DNA of 64,000 bases from Alphaproteobacteria bacterium (GTDB lineage: Bacteria; Pseudomonadota; Alphaproteobacteria; RF32; CAG-239), in assembly GCA_044432975.1 (NCBI GenBank), contig JAWXUC010000003.1, forward strand, positions 1,491 through 65,490. The letters are read 5' to 3'. Positions 39,330 to 49,741 of the stretch are shown piece after piece; within the stretch, counting starts at the first letter, position 1, and every line of letters begins with the position of its first letter. The notes under the pieces are model-generated. The model saw only the letters and a list, made by a program, of their open reading frames with translations. It was not told where the DNA came from and did not search any database. The position numbers and the translations under genes were made by a program.

Positions 39330-40085
39330 TTATTCTCCTAATCCACCTCGTTTCATAGACAATACAGGAGTGTTGCTACCTAAAGAAATTATACCCAAAT
39401 TTTTGGCATCAGATGCAATTTGTGATGGCTCTCTTTTTAATACTGGTGATTGAGAATTTTGTTTAAATTTATTTAACATTGATTCCGCTACTGTTGTGCT
39501 TAATCCAGCTTCTTCCATTTTTTGAATAGCTACAGATAATTCTTCTGGAGTTGTTAAAAAGACATGCCCACCTTTTCCATCTTCTCCATTCCAATATTTT
39601 TCAGCTTTTTCATTAACTTCTTTAGGAAGATGTTCTCCAGGAAAAGGTTCTCCTGGGTCTCCAAAAATCATAGTATAAATTCCTGCTTTGCCAGTAGGTC
39701 CATAATTTCCATAAATAGCATGTGCAACACTTGTTCTTGGCATATCTTTTTTATTTATGATAGCAACCTTAACTTTTGCTTCTCCTCTAGTTCCTGGCTC
39801 TCTAACAATATTAAATATTGAATCAGCCATTAAATTTTCTGCAGAAATTACAGCATCTGTTCCTATTGGTTTATCTGCTTTAAAACCATATACAATACGA
39901 CCAGGAGTACCTTCGGCTTCAATAGCGCTTTGATATGTTTGATCAGTAACATTTAACATTTTAGCAATATCATCTTTGCTAGTACCATCTAAAGCTTTTG
40001 AGCCAACTGTTAAAGATGTTGAGGCAGAGTGTCTTTCTAAATGTTCCTCATTATTTGCACTTGATACAAATTCTACTTTTTCCAT
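39330..40085 (-). CDS. Hypothetical protein
   Basis: 251-aa ORF with RBS. Confidence 0.6.
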   Translation of the reverse strand: MEKVEFVSSANNEEHLERHSASTSLTVGSKALDGTSKDDIAKMLNVTDQTYQSAIEAEGTPGRIVYGFKADKPIGTDAVISAENLMADSIFNIVREPGTRGEAKVKVAIINKKDMPRTSVAHAIYGNYGPTGKAGIYTMIFGDPGEPFPGEHLPKEVNEKAEKYWNGEDGKGGHVFLTTPEELSVAIQKMEEAGLSTTVAESMLNKFKQNSQSPVLKREPSQIASDAKNLGIISLGSNTPVLSMKRGGLGE

Positions 40086-40349
40086 ATTTTCTGTTTCCTT
40101 TTGTTGTTAAAAATTCTTTATATTGAGAGTTGTACGATTATTTTTCCATACTATAGCTAATTAACTATATTATGGTTGCCATTTTTATTTTAGCATTTTT
40201 AATAAATTCCTACAATATCATTATAATATCATAAAATTAATGCAAAGTAAAGATACTTTCTTGACTACTTGAGAATGTATTTTTTATTAAAATCAAAACA
40301 CTAAGCCTGCTTAAACAAAAAACACCCTCAAAGGGGTGTTTGTGTTTTT

Positions 40350-40425
40350 TGGTGGAGGTAAGGGGAATCGAACCCCTGACCTTTTGACTGCCAGTCAAAC
40401 GCGCTACCAACTGCGCTATACCCCC
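40350..40425 (-). tRNA. tRNA-Ala (GGC)
   Basis: GGGGGTATAGCGCAGTTGGTAGCGCG...TGGCA...GGTTCGATTCCCCTTACCTCCACCA; G3:U70; encoded CCA. Confidence 0.95.
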
Positions 40426-40468
40426 TTTAATGTTATTATAGCTATATAAATTATTTTTTGATAAAAAG

Positions 40469-41095
40469 TCAAGTCCATTTATCAATTAAGCACTCTATTA
40501 ATTCATCCATAAATACTAAAGTTTTATTTTGAAAAATTTCTGAAGTGTTATAAAAATCTCTTAAATCTTTTCTTAATTCTATTTGCAACGCGCTGGCTTT
40601 TGATGTTTGTTGTTGAAGTTTATAAGTTAAACCTTTTACCCCTCTATAATCAGGATGATTTAACACCGTTGTTAAATTTAGTTTTGCGCTTAAATCATTT
40701 ATTTTATCTACCACATCACGATAAGCACAAGCATCTATTCCGCCTGTGCCTATTGCTATTTCAAAATCACGATTTCTAGCGATGCCATGAATATCTAAAA
40801 AGAACTTATTCTCTAATTTATTATCTAAAACAAACTGAAAAATATCATCTTCAAAAGAGCCTATATTGTTTCTGACAACTGTTGAAAGATTATGCTTTTT
40901 TCCTAAAAACAAACAAATTGCCCCTGTGTAAGCATCTGCTTGCTTAACCTCTTTTTCTCTGTATGATTTTGTTGAATGTGGAGCGCTTAAAATTAAATTT
41001 GAACCTCTATCAACAAAACTAAAAACTTCTTTTGTTTTGTCTCCAAAAGAATCATTTTCCATAAAAGATTTTGCTAAAGAGATGATTTCTTTCAT
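40469..41095 (-). CDS. N-formylglutamate amidohydrolase-like protein
   Basis: SAPH, LDIHG, ALQIEL motifs. Confidence 0.5.
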   Translation of the reverse strand: MKEIISLAKSFMENDSFGDKTKEVFSFVDRGSNLILSAPHSTKSYREKEVKQADAYTGAICLFLGKKHNLSTVVRNNIGSFEDDIFQFVLDNKLENKFFLDIHGIARNRDFEIAIGTGGIDACAYRDVVDKINDLSAKLNLTTVLNHPDYRGVKGLTYKLQQQTSKASALQIELRKDLRDFYNTSEIFQNKTLVFMDELIECLIDKWT

Positions 41096-41166
41096 ATTAG
41101 AGTGTTTCCTATAAATCCATAAAAAAAGAGCCTTAGACATTTTTATATCTAAGGCTCTTAATTAAT

Positions 41167-42054
41167 TTATTTTTTTGTAGTTTTCTTAGGCGCTACTTTT
41201 TTAGCTGGAGCTTTCTTTGCTGGAGCTTTCTTTGCAGGTGTTTTTTTTGCAACTGCTTTTTCTTCAGCTTTAACAACTTTTGCAACTTCTGCAGTTTTTT
41301 CTTTTTTTATAACTGTAACAAAGTTTTTATAAACTTGAGAGTAATAACTACCTTTTACAGCACTATCAAAAAATGATAAGAATGCCAAGAATATAGTAAA
41401 TAATACTTTAACCACAAAGTTGTCTGAACCAATGCTTGAGAAAACAAACAATAAAAGAGCATATAAAATAATTACAGGAAACATAATGATTATTTGACCT
41501 AAGAACAATTTTCCTGCATGACCTTTTGTTAAAGCAAAAGACTGCTTTATTGTTGTTTCTTTATCTCCAATTGCAATTGCTGCAAATTTAACATATACTC
41601 TTGATAAAACAACACCAAAATAAAGTGGCACTATAATAAATAAGAATGTTGTTAATTGTAATGAACCTGCGTTTAATAATGTAAAAATAAAATCTATTAT
41701 TAAAACACAAACAACTGATAAAACAACAATCGTTAAAAGGTATAAAAGTGAAAAACCAATAAATTTCAATTCTTTTTTACCAAATGCAACCTGACCACAT
41801 TTAACTGGAGTTTTAAACATATCAAATCTAATATATGAACAAACAATTATAACACCTGAAAGGCTAAATAAAAAACTTGATAACCAACCGTTGTTTTCTG
41901 CTCCACAAGTTGAATTAACAACACAATATGAGTTAAACCCTGTTAGTGCATCAATAACAACAATAAAAAACCAAACAGAACTTATTTTTAAAACTGTTTG
42001 ATAGTTTGCAACAACACTTTTAAATGTGTTTTTTAGTATTTCTAAAAGTTTCAT
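41167..42054 (-). CDS. Membrane protein with PAKK-repeat tail
   Basis: About six TM segments; C-terminal PAKKAPAKK. Confidence 0.65.
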   Translation of the reverse strand: MKLLEILKNTFKSVVANYQTVLKISSVWFFIVVIDALTGFNSYCVVNSTCGAENNGWLSSFLFSLSGVIIVCSYIRFDMFKTPVKCGQVAFGKKELKFIGFSLLYLLTIVVLSVVCVLIIDFIFTLLNAGSLQLTTFLFIIVPLYFGVVLSRVYVKFAAIAIGDKETTIKQSFALTKGHAGKLFLGQIIIMFPVIILYALLLFVFSSIGSDNFVVKVLFTIFLAFLSFFDSAVKGSYYSQVYKNFVTVIKKEKTAEVAKVVKAEEKAVAKKTPAKKAPAKKAPAKKVAPKKTTKK

Positions 42055-42824
42055 TTTTCAATATCTCCTTCAATAAAATATGTTAGTATAATACAATGAT
42101 TTATAAAAATAGCAAGTACTAATAACAATGTTATGTTATAAATAAAGTCAACTAAAAGAACGTTAAAGATGTTTAGACTTTCTTTAATGTTTAAAAAACT
42201 TTGATTAAAACTGTTTAATAAAAAGACAAATAACAGTATTAAAATAAAAGCAAAAAGAACAAGCTTAAAATGATTTCCCTTTATTTTATTCCAAATTTCT
42301 TTAAATGGTGGAAGTTTTTTATCTAAAGATAGAAAACCAAATATTGGTAAAAATCTTAATGATAAAAATGGAATTACAAAACCAATTGATACAAAAGAAA
42401 AATACAAAAGTTCTATTGTCCAATCTGGATTAGGAACTCTAATATATAAAAAATAAATAGAGACAAAAGGTAAAAAACAAATTAAAGAAAATGCGATAAT
42501 TAAAGCAAATATTTTTAAATCTTGTTTTTGAGGTTTGAAATCTAACCCTGTTTTTTCAAAGGCTAAATTCACCCAATTTTTTATAAAAACAGCAAAAAGA
42601 AAAAACTTTATAATTTGATACAAGAAAAACCCATATCCCATTGGTGAACAATAATAAAACGACGAAGCTTCTTCTGTATAGAAACAAGCATAAGTTGCTC
42701 CTAAACAATATCCTACAACTGTTAACACACTTGCAAAAATAAGACTAACTTTAAAAAAATCTTTTAAATTATCACCTATTGTACCAAATGGATTTATTAT
42801 TGCCTTAAAAAAAGATATTTTCAT
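42051..42824 (-). CDS. Membrane protein
   Basis: Multiple TM segments; architecture similar to downstream gene. Confidence 0.6.
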   Translation of the reverse strand: MKISFFKAIINPFGTIGDNLKDFFKVSLIFASVLTVVGYCLGATYACFYTEEASSFYYCSPMGYGFFLYQIIKFFLFAVFIKNWVNLAFEKTGLDFKPQKQDLKIFALIIAFSLICFLPFVSIYFLYIRVPNPDWTIELLYFSFVSIGFVIPFLSLRFLPIFGFLSLDKKLPPFKEIWNKIKGNHFKLVLFAFILILLFVFLLNSFNQSFLNIKESLNIFNVLLVDFIYNITLLLVLAIFINHCIILTYFIEGDIEK

Positions 42825-45800
42825 ATTTCCTCCACAAAACTAACACCTGCAGTACTCTTTAACTTTGAAATTACACTGCCATTAATTTCAAGCCCTTCTT
42901 TTAATTCTATTCTTAAATCAAAGTCTTTGTTGTCTACTTTAATATATATTTTATTTCTGCTTTTTCTATTCTCGTTATAAATTTCTTTTATTTTTTTAAC
43001 TGCTTCAATATTTGTAACACCAATAATTAAAGAATTTGCACGCTCTGAAATTGCGCCATCTATGGTTTTTATGTTATTAAATAAAATTCTTGGACTAGAA
43101 GCTTCATCTGCTTTTTCTACAGTTGCTTGAGCAAATAATGGGTATCCTGAATTTATGGCGCTTTGGCATTTATCTAATGTATCTGAAAAAACAATACCTT
43201 CAAAAGAAGTGTTTTCATCTGACAAAGATAAAAATCCATACTTATTACCTTTTTGTGAAGTTCTAATTTGCAAGCTATTTAGACACCCTGCTAAGTTTGC
43301 TTTAATTTTATCTCCTGCCTGAATGCTTTGAGCAATATCTGAGAACTTTTTCACGCCTAACTTTTCCATAGCTTTTTTATAATTATCTAATGGATGTGCT
43401 GATAAATAAAAACCAACAGCTTCTGCTTCTAGTTTTAGTTTTTCTAGATTTGCAAAATCTGGTTTATCGGCAAGTTTAACTTCTTGGCTTATTGTTTCGG
43501 CACCAAACATAGACATTTGTGCGGAATTTTTTTCTTCTGTTGCGGCTGCAATATTTTGAATAATTGTATCTAAATTTGCAAAAAGTTTTCCTCTTGAATT
43601 ATCTAAGCAATCAAAAGCGCCTGCTTTAATAAAGTTTTCTATTAATTTTCTGTTTATTGATTTGTAATCTGAACGTTTGATAAAGTCTGAAATACTTTTA
43701 TAATTTCCGTTTTGTTTTCTTTCATTTTCAATAGAACTAGCACCTCCGTCCCCTGCTCCTTTGATAGCGCTTAAGGCATATGCAATTTTACCATCTACAA
43801 CCGTAAAATCAGAACCAGAAACATTGACATCTGGTTGCAAGACATCTATTCCCATTTTTACGCATTCGTCTTTGAAAAATGCCAACTTATCTGTATTACC
43901 TTTATCTAAATCCATAGTTGCGCACATAAATTCTGTTGGATAATGAGCTTTTAAGTATGCTGTTTGATAAGAAATTAAAGAATATGCGGCAGCGTGAGAC
44001 TTGTTAAAACCATAAGATGCAAATTTTTCCATCTGATCAAAAATTGCGCCTGCGACTTCTTCTGTAATTTCATTTTCAAGCGCACCTTCAATAAACATTT
44101 TTCTTTGTTTGGGTATTTCATCTATCATTTTTTTACCCATAACTTTTCTAAGTTTATCAGCACCACCTAATGTATAGCCACCTAAAACCTGAGCAATTTT
44201 CATCACTTGCTCTTGATAAATCATAATACCATAAGTTTCTTTTAAGATTGGCTCTAGTGCGGGGTGAAGATATACAACTTCTTCTTCTCCGTGTTTTCTT
44301 TTAATATAACTTGGAATGTTATCCATTGGCCCTGGACGATAAAGTGATACAATCGCAATCAAGTCTTCAAACCTATCTGGTTTGATTTGTTGATGTACAT
44401 CTTTCATGCCAGCAGACTCAAACTGGAAGACACCTGCGGTATCGCCTCTGGTTAAAAGTTCATAAGCTTCTTTATCATCTAATGGTAGAGTTTCTAGATC
44501 TATATCAACGTTATGATTTTTCTTAATCCAATCTACGGCTCTTTTAATAACAGTTAAAGTTTTTAAGCCCAAAAAGTCAAATTTTATTAAGCCTGTTTCT
44601 TCAATAAACTTCATGTCATATTGAGTAACAGGCATATCTGCTCTTGGGTCTTTATATAAAGGCACAAGCTTTTCTAGCACTCTATCACCAATAACCACAC
44701 CAGCAGCGTGGACACCTGAGTGTCTGTATAATCCTTCTAGTTTTATGGCAATATCAAAAAGTTTATTAACTTGAGGATCAGAAACACGCATTTCTTCTAA
44801 TTCTGGCACTTGCTCTAACGCCTCTGGTAAGGTTGGGTTTCTGCCTTGAGCGCCAGCTGGAATCATTTTAGAAATTCTGTCTGCCTGAGAATAAGGCATT
44901 TGCAAAACTCTGGCGACGTCTCTGATAACAGCTTTTGATTGCAGTTTTCCATAAGTAATAATTTGTGCAACTTTATCAAAGCCGTATTTATTTTGCACAT
45001 AGGCAATGGTTTCTCCGCGTCTGTCTTGGCAAAAGTCAACGTCGAAGTCGGGCATTGATATACGTTCAGGGTTTAAGAATCTCTCAAAGAGTAAACCCCA
45101 TTGAATTGGGTCTAAATCTGTAATTTTTAACGACCATGCCACAATAGAACCAGCACCAGAACCACGACCAGGACCAACAGGAATGCCGTTTTGTTTTGAC
45201 CAGGTAATAAAGTCTGCCACAATTAAGAAGTAACCAGCGAATCCCATTTTATTGATAACGCCGAGTTCATAATCTAAGCGCTTAAAATATTCTTCTTTGA
45301 TTTCTTCATAATTTGGATAATGAGAAATGCGAGCAATTAAACCTTCTTTTGCGGCGGTTTGAATAAACTCTGCCTCTGGCACACCATTGCAATCAAAAGG
45401 TGGCAATAAAGGAGCAACAAATTCTGAATAAAAAGAACAACGTTTTGCAATTAATACTGTGTTATTTAATGCTTCTGGCAAATCTTTAAAAAGTTCTGCC
45501 ATTTCTTCTTCTGATTTTAAGTAGCATTCTGGAGAATATTTTTTTCTGTCTTCGTTAGACACATATTCACCTGCAGCAATACAAGCTAAAGCATCGTGTG
45601 CCTCGTGCATTGACTTATCAAAGAAAAACACTGGGTTTGTGGCAACTAATGGAATATTATATTTATAAGCTAGCTCTATAACCTTGTCTTCTGTTTTTTC
45701 TTCTGCTTCTAGACCTAATCTAGAAACCTCTAAATAAAATCTATCGCCAAAAATGTCTTTTAATTTCACTAAGTTTTTTTCAGCCTCTGCTTGTCTGTTA

Positions 45801-46252
45801 TCTAACAGTAAATGTCCGATAACACCATCAACGCCACCACTTAAGCAAATTATATCTTCATTATAAGTTTCTAAATCTGATAATAATAGCTCTGCATTAT
45901 TATCTAGATAAAAATGCTTCATGATATGCATTAAATTTTGATAACCAAGCTCTGATTTTGCAAGCAAAACAATTTTATGGGCTTCAAACTTGTGAATGCC
46001 TTTTGTTTTCATCTCATCATCATTATCATTATTATGTAAATCTAAAGTAACACCTAGAATCGGCTTTACTCCTGCCTTTGAGGCAAAAGATGAAAAAGCT
46101 TTTTGACCAAACATATTGTTTGTATCTGTAACGGCAATTGCTGGAGTATTAGCATCTTTTAATTTGCTTGCCAAAGTTTTAATCTGCATAGCACCTTGAG
46201 AAAGCGAATACGCACTATGAACTCTAAGATGTATAAACTTTGGCTCGCTCAT
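42821..46252 (-). CDS. dnaE: DNA polymerase III alpha subunit
   Basis: HLRVHSAYS, GRGSGAGS, PDFDVDF, FNKSH. Confidence 0.98.
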   Translation of the reverse strand: MSEPKFIHLRVHSAYSLSQGAMQIKTLASKLKDANTPAIAVTDTNNMFGQKAFSSFASKAGVKPILGVTLDLHNNDNDDEMKTKGIHKFEAHKIVLLAKSELGYQNLMHIMKHFYLDNNAELLLSDLETYNEDIICLSGGVDGVIGHLLLDNRQAEAEKNLVKLKDIFGDRFYLEVSRLGLEAEEKTEDKVIELAYKYNIPLVATNPVFFFDKSMHEAHDALACIAAGEYVSNEDRKKYSPECYLKSEEEMAELFKDLPEALNNTVLIAKRCSFYSEFVAPLLPPFDCNGVPEAEFIQTAAKEGLIARISHYPNYEEIKEEYFKRLDYELGVINKMGFAGYFLIVADFITWSKQNGIPVGPGRGSGAGSIVAWSLKITDLDPIQWGLLFERFLNPERISMPDFDVDFCQDRRGETIAYVQNKYGFDKVAQIITYGKLQSKAVIRDVARVLQMPYSQADRISKMIPAGAQGRNPTLPEALEQVPELEEMRVSDPQVNKLFDIAIKLEGLYRHSGVHAAGVVIGDRVLEKLVPLYKDPRADMPVTQYDMKFIEETGLIKFDFLGLKTLTVIKRAVDWIKKNHNVDIDLETLPLDDKEAYELLTRGDTAGVFQFESAGMKDVHQQIKPDRFEDLIAIVSLYRPGPMDNIPSYIKRKHGEEEVVYLHPALEPILKETYGIMIYQEQVMKIAQVLGGYTLGGADKLRKVMGKKMIDEIPKQRKMFIEGALENEITEEVAGAIFDQMEKFASYGFNKSHAAAYSLISYQTAYLKAHYPTEFMCATMDLDKGNTDKLAFFKDECVKMGIDVLQPDVNVSGSDFTVVDGKIAYALSAIKGAGDGGASSIENERKQNGNYKSISDFIKRSDYKSINRKLIENFIKAGAFDCLDNSRGKLFANLDTIIQNIAAATEEKNSAQMSMFGAETISQEVKLADKPDFANLEKLKLEAEAVGFYLSAHPLDNYKKAMEKLGVKKFSDIAQSIQAGDKIKANLAGCLNSLQIRTSQKGNKYGFLSLSDENTSFEGIVFSDTLDKCQSAINSGYPLFAQATVEKADEASSPRILFNNIKTIDGAISERANSLIIGVTNIEAVKKIKEIYNENRKSRNKIYIKVDNKDFDLRIELKEGLEINGSVISKLKSTAGVSFVEEI

Positions 46253-48147
46253 TAATATTTTGGCCCTGTCTCAACCTCTAAACCAAGATTGTCTCTATGA
46301 ATATAATTATCTAAACATTGAGAACCAACACAACGTTTTAATATCTCTACTTTTCTACCTTTAGTCAAGCCATTTACATCCATTGACGGAATATAAACAT
46401 TATTAATTAAGATATTAAATTCAACATAACCTACGTTGCCTTCTTTATCTGCAATATAAATCTTGATGTCATAGCTTCCGCCATCTGATGGTTTTGCAAC
46501 TCCGCTCAATGTGTGAGTTTCTTCATTCCAGTATAACCATTTTGGAAGAGGTCTATCACCTTTAAGTCCTGCTTTACTAATAACGTTTGCCACATTTACA
46601 CCCATTTTATTGAAAACAGCTTGAGGAATTGTGATGTTTATTCTTTCTCCTGTTTCTACATCAACATCTGGCATTAATGATGAGCTTAAATTAATTGGAG
46701 GACGTTTTACAGGAACATCTAACAAGTATGGACGATTGTCAGGTAAAAACTCGCCATTACGCCATTTTGTAAACTCTTTGCGCAAATAAACAGCTATTCT
46801 TGATATTTTTTCATCTAACATGTAATAAGGTAGTGCATCTAAACCTAATGTTACATATAAATTGCCTAATGAGTCTTGCAATTCTACATAAGCTTTCATC
46901 GCTTTAACTTCATCTTCTATAGCGGTTGCAGATTCTAAAGCACTTTTTGATGCGCTAACTCCGTCTGTTATTGTAACATCTTCTGCAATATCTTCTGATG
47001 TTAAAGCAATTTCTTGAGAGATTTGATAATCTTCTAAGCTAGAAACATATCTTGCCCATGCAACATAAACTTGATTTAATACAATACTTGTTAAACGTTG
47101 ACGACGTAAAGTTTCTAACTGAGATTCTGATGGAGATTGAATTTCTTCAAAGACTTGCAAACTAACATCTTTGGCTTCTTTTGACCATTTGCGATTGTAA
47201 TATTGAGGATCTTTTAAGTATTTTACATCTGAAACATTTTGTTCTTTTTTTACATATACTTTAACATCTTCTATATTTGTAACAAAATCTCTTAATCTTA
47301 GCTCTGGGCGGTTTGTTAATGCAACCCACTCTAACTGAGATAGATTGTTTTTAATAATTGGCAAATCAAAGTTTCCGTATTCTTTACCTACTAGGCTATA
47401 TGTTGTATTGGGATGAAAGCCCATTAATGAAGATAATTTTACTTCTGATGCTTCAAAACTACGTTTAAGGTCAGATAAATCTTTAACCGCATTCATGTAT
47501 GATCTTTTTAATTGCATTTGCTCTTGTGTTGGTAATTTGCCAACTGCTTGTTCTTCTAAAGCAACAGCGTTCATTTCATCTATTTCTAAAATTAAAAATT
47601 CTATCATATTATCTACTGTTGGGAGCAATTTTTGAGCTGTTAAGGTCTTCCAATATAATGAACGAGTTTCTTGCAACAAATTGTGTACAACTTTACGTCC
47701 TTCTTCTGTGGCAACTTTAGATTTTAACTCAACATCTTTTGACTGAAAATAAACAGATGATACGTCTAATGTGTTCCACGCAACTTTTAGCTCTGAGTTA
47801 ACGTCTTGATAGTCATTGATGTTTGTGTATCCTGCTTGAGAAATAATCTCTGGCAATTTATTAGCTGGGCTTTTGCCTGCATTTATAAGAGCTTGTTGAT
47901 AATCCATTAAGCGTTTTGAATAATTATATTTTAACGAAAGCGCCATTGCCATATACATATCTATTGGCTTGGTTATTTTGCGAGGAGTTGCAACAAACAT
48001 ATTTTGCAAATCAACGTCCGCCCTAATCGCCCTATCCCAATCAGAATACAATGCAGGCTGAATTGTAGGTTCTACTACTGCTTCTTGCTGTGGTGCTTGG
48101 CAAGCAAATAAAACCGCAACGACAATAAATGTCAAAAAATTTTTCAT
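46252..48147 (-). CDS. TolC-like outer-membrane lipoprotein with C-terminal Ig/cadherin-like domain
   Basis: Lipobox LFAC, helical efflux-type body (AL.NRPELR), LPKWLYW..ETHTLSG motif. Confidence 0.6.
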   Translation of the reverse strand: MKNFLTFIVVAVLFACQAPQQEAVVEPTIQPALYSDWDRAIRADVDLQNMFVATPRKITKPIDMYMAMALSLKYNYSKRLMDYQQALINAGKSPANKLPEIISQAGYTNINDYQDVNSELKVAWNTLDVSSVYFQSKDVELKSKVATEEGRKVVHNLLQETRSLYWKTLTAQKLLPTVDNMIEFLILEIDEMNAVALEEQAVGKLPTQEQMQLKRSYMNAVKDLSDLKRSFEASEVKLSSLMGFHPNTTYSLVGKEYGNFDLPIIKNNLSQLEWVALTNRPELRLRDFVTNIEDVKVYVKKEQNVSDVKYLKDPQYYNRKWSKEAKDVSLQVFEEIQSPSESQLETLRRQRLTSIVLNQVYVAWARYVSSLEDYQISQEIALTSEDIAEDVTITDGVSASKSALESATAIEDEVKAMKAYVELQDSLGNLYVTLGLDALPYYMLDEKISRIAVYLRKEFTKWRNGEFLPDNRPYLLDVPVKRPPINLSSSLMPDVDVETGERINITIPQAVFNKMGVNVANVISKAGLKGDRPLPKWLYWNEETHTLSGVAKPSDGGSYDIKIYIADKEGNVGYVEFNILINNVYIPSMDVNGLTKGRKVEILKRCVGSQCLDNYIHRDNLGLEVETGPKY

Positions 48148-48340
48148 AACAAAACCTCTTTAAAGATATATATATTTTTTGTCAGGATATATTAATAGTT
48201 GAAAACTTACAAGTCAAAAAACAAAACAGTTAACAAGTTTAAGATTTTCAAAATTTTGTCAAAAAACATATTGACGAATCGCAAAATTTGTGGTATATCA
48301 TATTTACAAATTTTATAAACAATTATAATTATTAAAAAAA

Positions 48341-48670
48341 ATGGCAAATCTATTAGATCAAAGAAGAACAGAGTACTTGAGAGTATCGCTGCATTTAGAG
48401 AAAGGACGAACTTATTTTGCACTTGCAACCTATGATCGTCGTTGGATGCACATGTATGATGTAGACCTCGCGGCACAGCGACACAGTTTTACTTCTGAAG
48501 AGAAGTTTATAGAAGCTTGTTGGCAAGAAGGTTTCACAAAGTGTGAGCACATAAAGTTCGCCTATGACAACCACAAGCCAAAGGAATTCTATGCTGTACC
48601 TGTTGGGCAAGTGCCTGTTGCAGAGGTTGATGGAACAGTATACACAACTTCTGTTAAAAACGTAATCTAA
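48341..48670 (+). CDS. Hypothetical protein
   Basis: 109-aa ORF preceded by TTGACG-17-TATATC. Confidence 0.5.
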   Translation: MANLLDQRRTEYLRVSLHLEKGRTYFALATYDRRWMHMYDVDLAAQRHSFTSEEKFIEACWQEGFTKCEHIKFAYDNHKPKEFYAVPVGQVPVAEVDGTVYTTSVKNVI

Positions 48671-48806
48671 TTAAAAAAACAATTATGCAGAAAAACTTAG
48701 TTGTAAAAAATTAAGCCTGCAAGAAATTGTTAAGCAAAAACCTAGAAGACATTTATTGTCATCTAGGTTTTTCTGTTTTTAAGGATGTTGTGGATTGGCT
48801 TCACTT

Positions 48807-48829
48807 CTCTGGGCTTTAAATGCCCAGAG
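48807..48829 (-). promoter_or_regulatory. DGR homing hairpin downstream of VR1
   Basis: CTCTGGGC-7 nt-GCCCAGAG, identical to the hairpin after VR2. Confidence 0.8.
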
Positions 48830-48849
48830 CTAATAGTTAAATTGATTAA

Positions 48850-49428
48850 TTAAAAAGCCAAGACACACCGACCACTATAGTTTGTACCAGGAGCGTAGTA
48901 GTTGTAGAGGCTGCCATCTGACAGCCTCGCAACATTACGGTTAGTAGTGATGCGATAATCGCGCGAAGACGACCAATAATATTCAGATGAGATTAAATCT
49001 GTTGATAATTTAGCATTTAATGTTGCAAATTTACCATTACTAACACAATCATTATCTGAAGTACCATAACAAGGATATTGCAAACCCATTGGAATTAATT
49101 CTGCTATTGTTGGCAAATGCCAGTCTCCGGCAGAGGTGCCTGTGGTTGTATAACTAGCGCAATTAGTCATTGCCTCATCCCAACTTGCAGTATTTTCCCA
49201 TTGATCTAAACTCATTACGTTAAATACTTTGGGGTTGCCGTTTAATACCCAATATATTAAACCTATTGTAGTTGATGTTTCTTCTGTTGAGCATGTGCCA
49301 TCAGCATTAAACCACATTCCAACCGCAGCGTTTGTACACTGGCTGTTTATGGCATTGGCATTGGTTGTTACTAAGAGGCTTAAGCCAAAGAATGAGGTTA
49401 ATAATATTTGTTTTATTGAGCTTTTCAT
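48850..49428 (-). CDS. DGR target protein 1 (secreted, CLec/DUF1566-like)
   Basis: Signal peptide, WHLPTIAEL, YWSSS, terminal RCVLAF; contains VR1. Confidence 0.9.
   Translation of the reverse strand: MKSSIKQILLTSFFGLSLLVTTNANAINSQCTNAAVGMWFNADGTCSTEETSTTIGLIYWVLNGNPKVFNVMSLDQWENTASWDEAMTNCASYTTTGTSAGDWHLPTIAELIPMGLQYPCYGTSDNDCVSNGKFATLNAKLSTDLISSEYYWSSSRDYRITTNRNVARLSDGSLYNYYAPGTNYSGRCVLAF
48853..48981 (-). repeat. DGR variable repeat VR1
   Basis: 129 nt; 13 mismatches to TR, all at TR adenines. Confidence 0.95.
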
Positions 49429-49458
49429 TTACTTTCTCCTTTTTTGTTTTTTAGTTGC

Positions 49459-49722
49459 GGAACGTCGAGGACGCCGTTCCCTACAGTTTTTGTTATGCGT
49501 GGGACATCGAGGACACCGTTCCCTACAATTTTTGTTATGCGTGGGACGTCGAGGACGCCGTTCCCTATAATTATTATTGTCATCGCGTCACAAAATTTAT
49601 TTTGGGGCTTAGCGATCTTCAAATTTTTATAATAATTTATTTTTTATTAGCTGCGGAACGTCGAGGACGCCGTTCCCTACAGTTTTTGTTATGTGCGGAA
49701 CGTCGAAGACGCCGTTCCCTAC
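49459..49722 (-). repeat. Array of five GTAG-type REP palindromes (42-bp period)
   Basis: GTAGGGAACGGCGTCCTCGACGTTCC-like units at 49459, 49501, 49543, 49655, 49697. Confidence 0.85.
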
Positions 49723-49741
49723 AGTTTTAAAATACCACCCT

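Noticed and set aside
40350-40425. tRNA-Ala as an integration site
   Set aside because: No duplicated tRNA 3' end and no integrase seen in the window.
40237-40485. 82-aa ORF
   Set aside because: It overlaps the tRNA gene and its terminator.
49459-49722. CRISPR array
   Set aside because: Intervening sequences are about 16 nt and nearly identical, no cas genes are present, and the units recur singly elsewhere as REPs.
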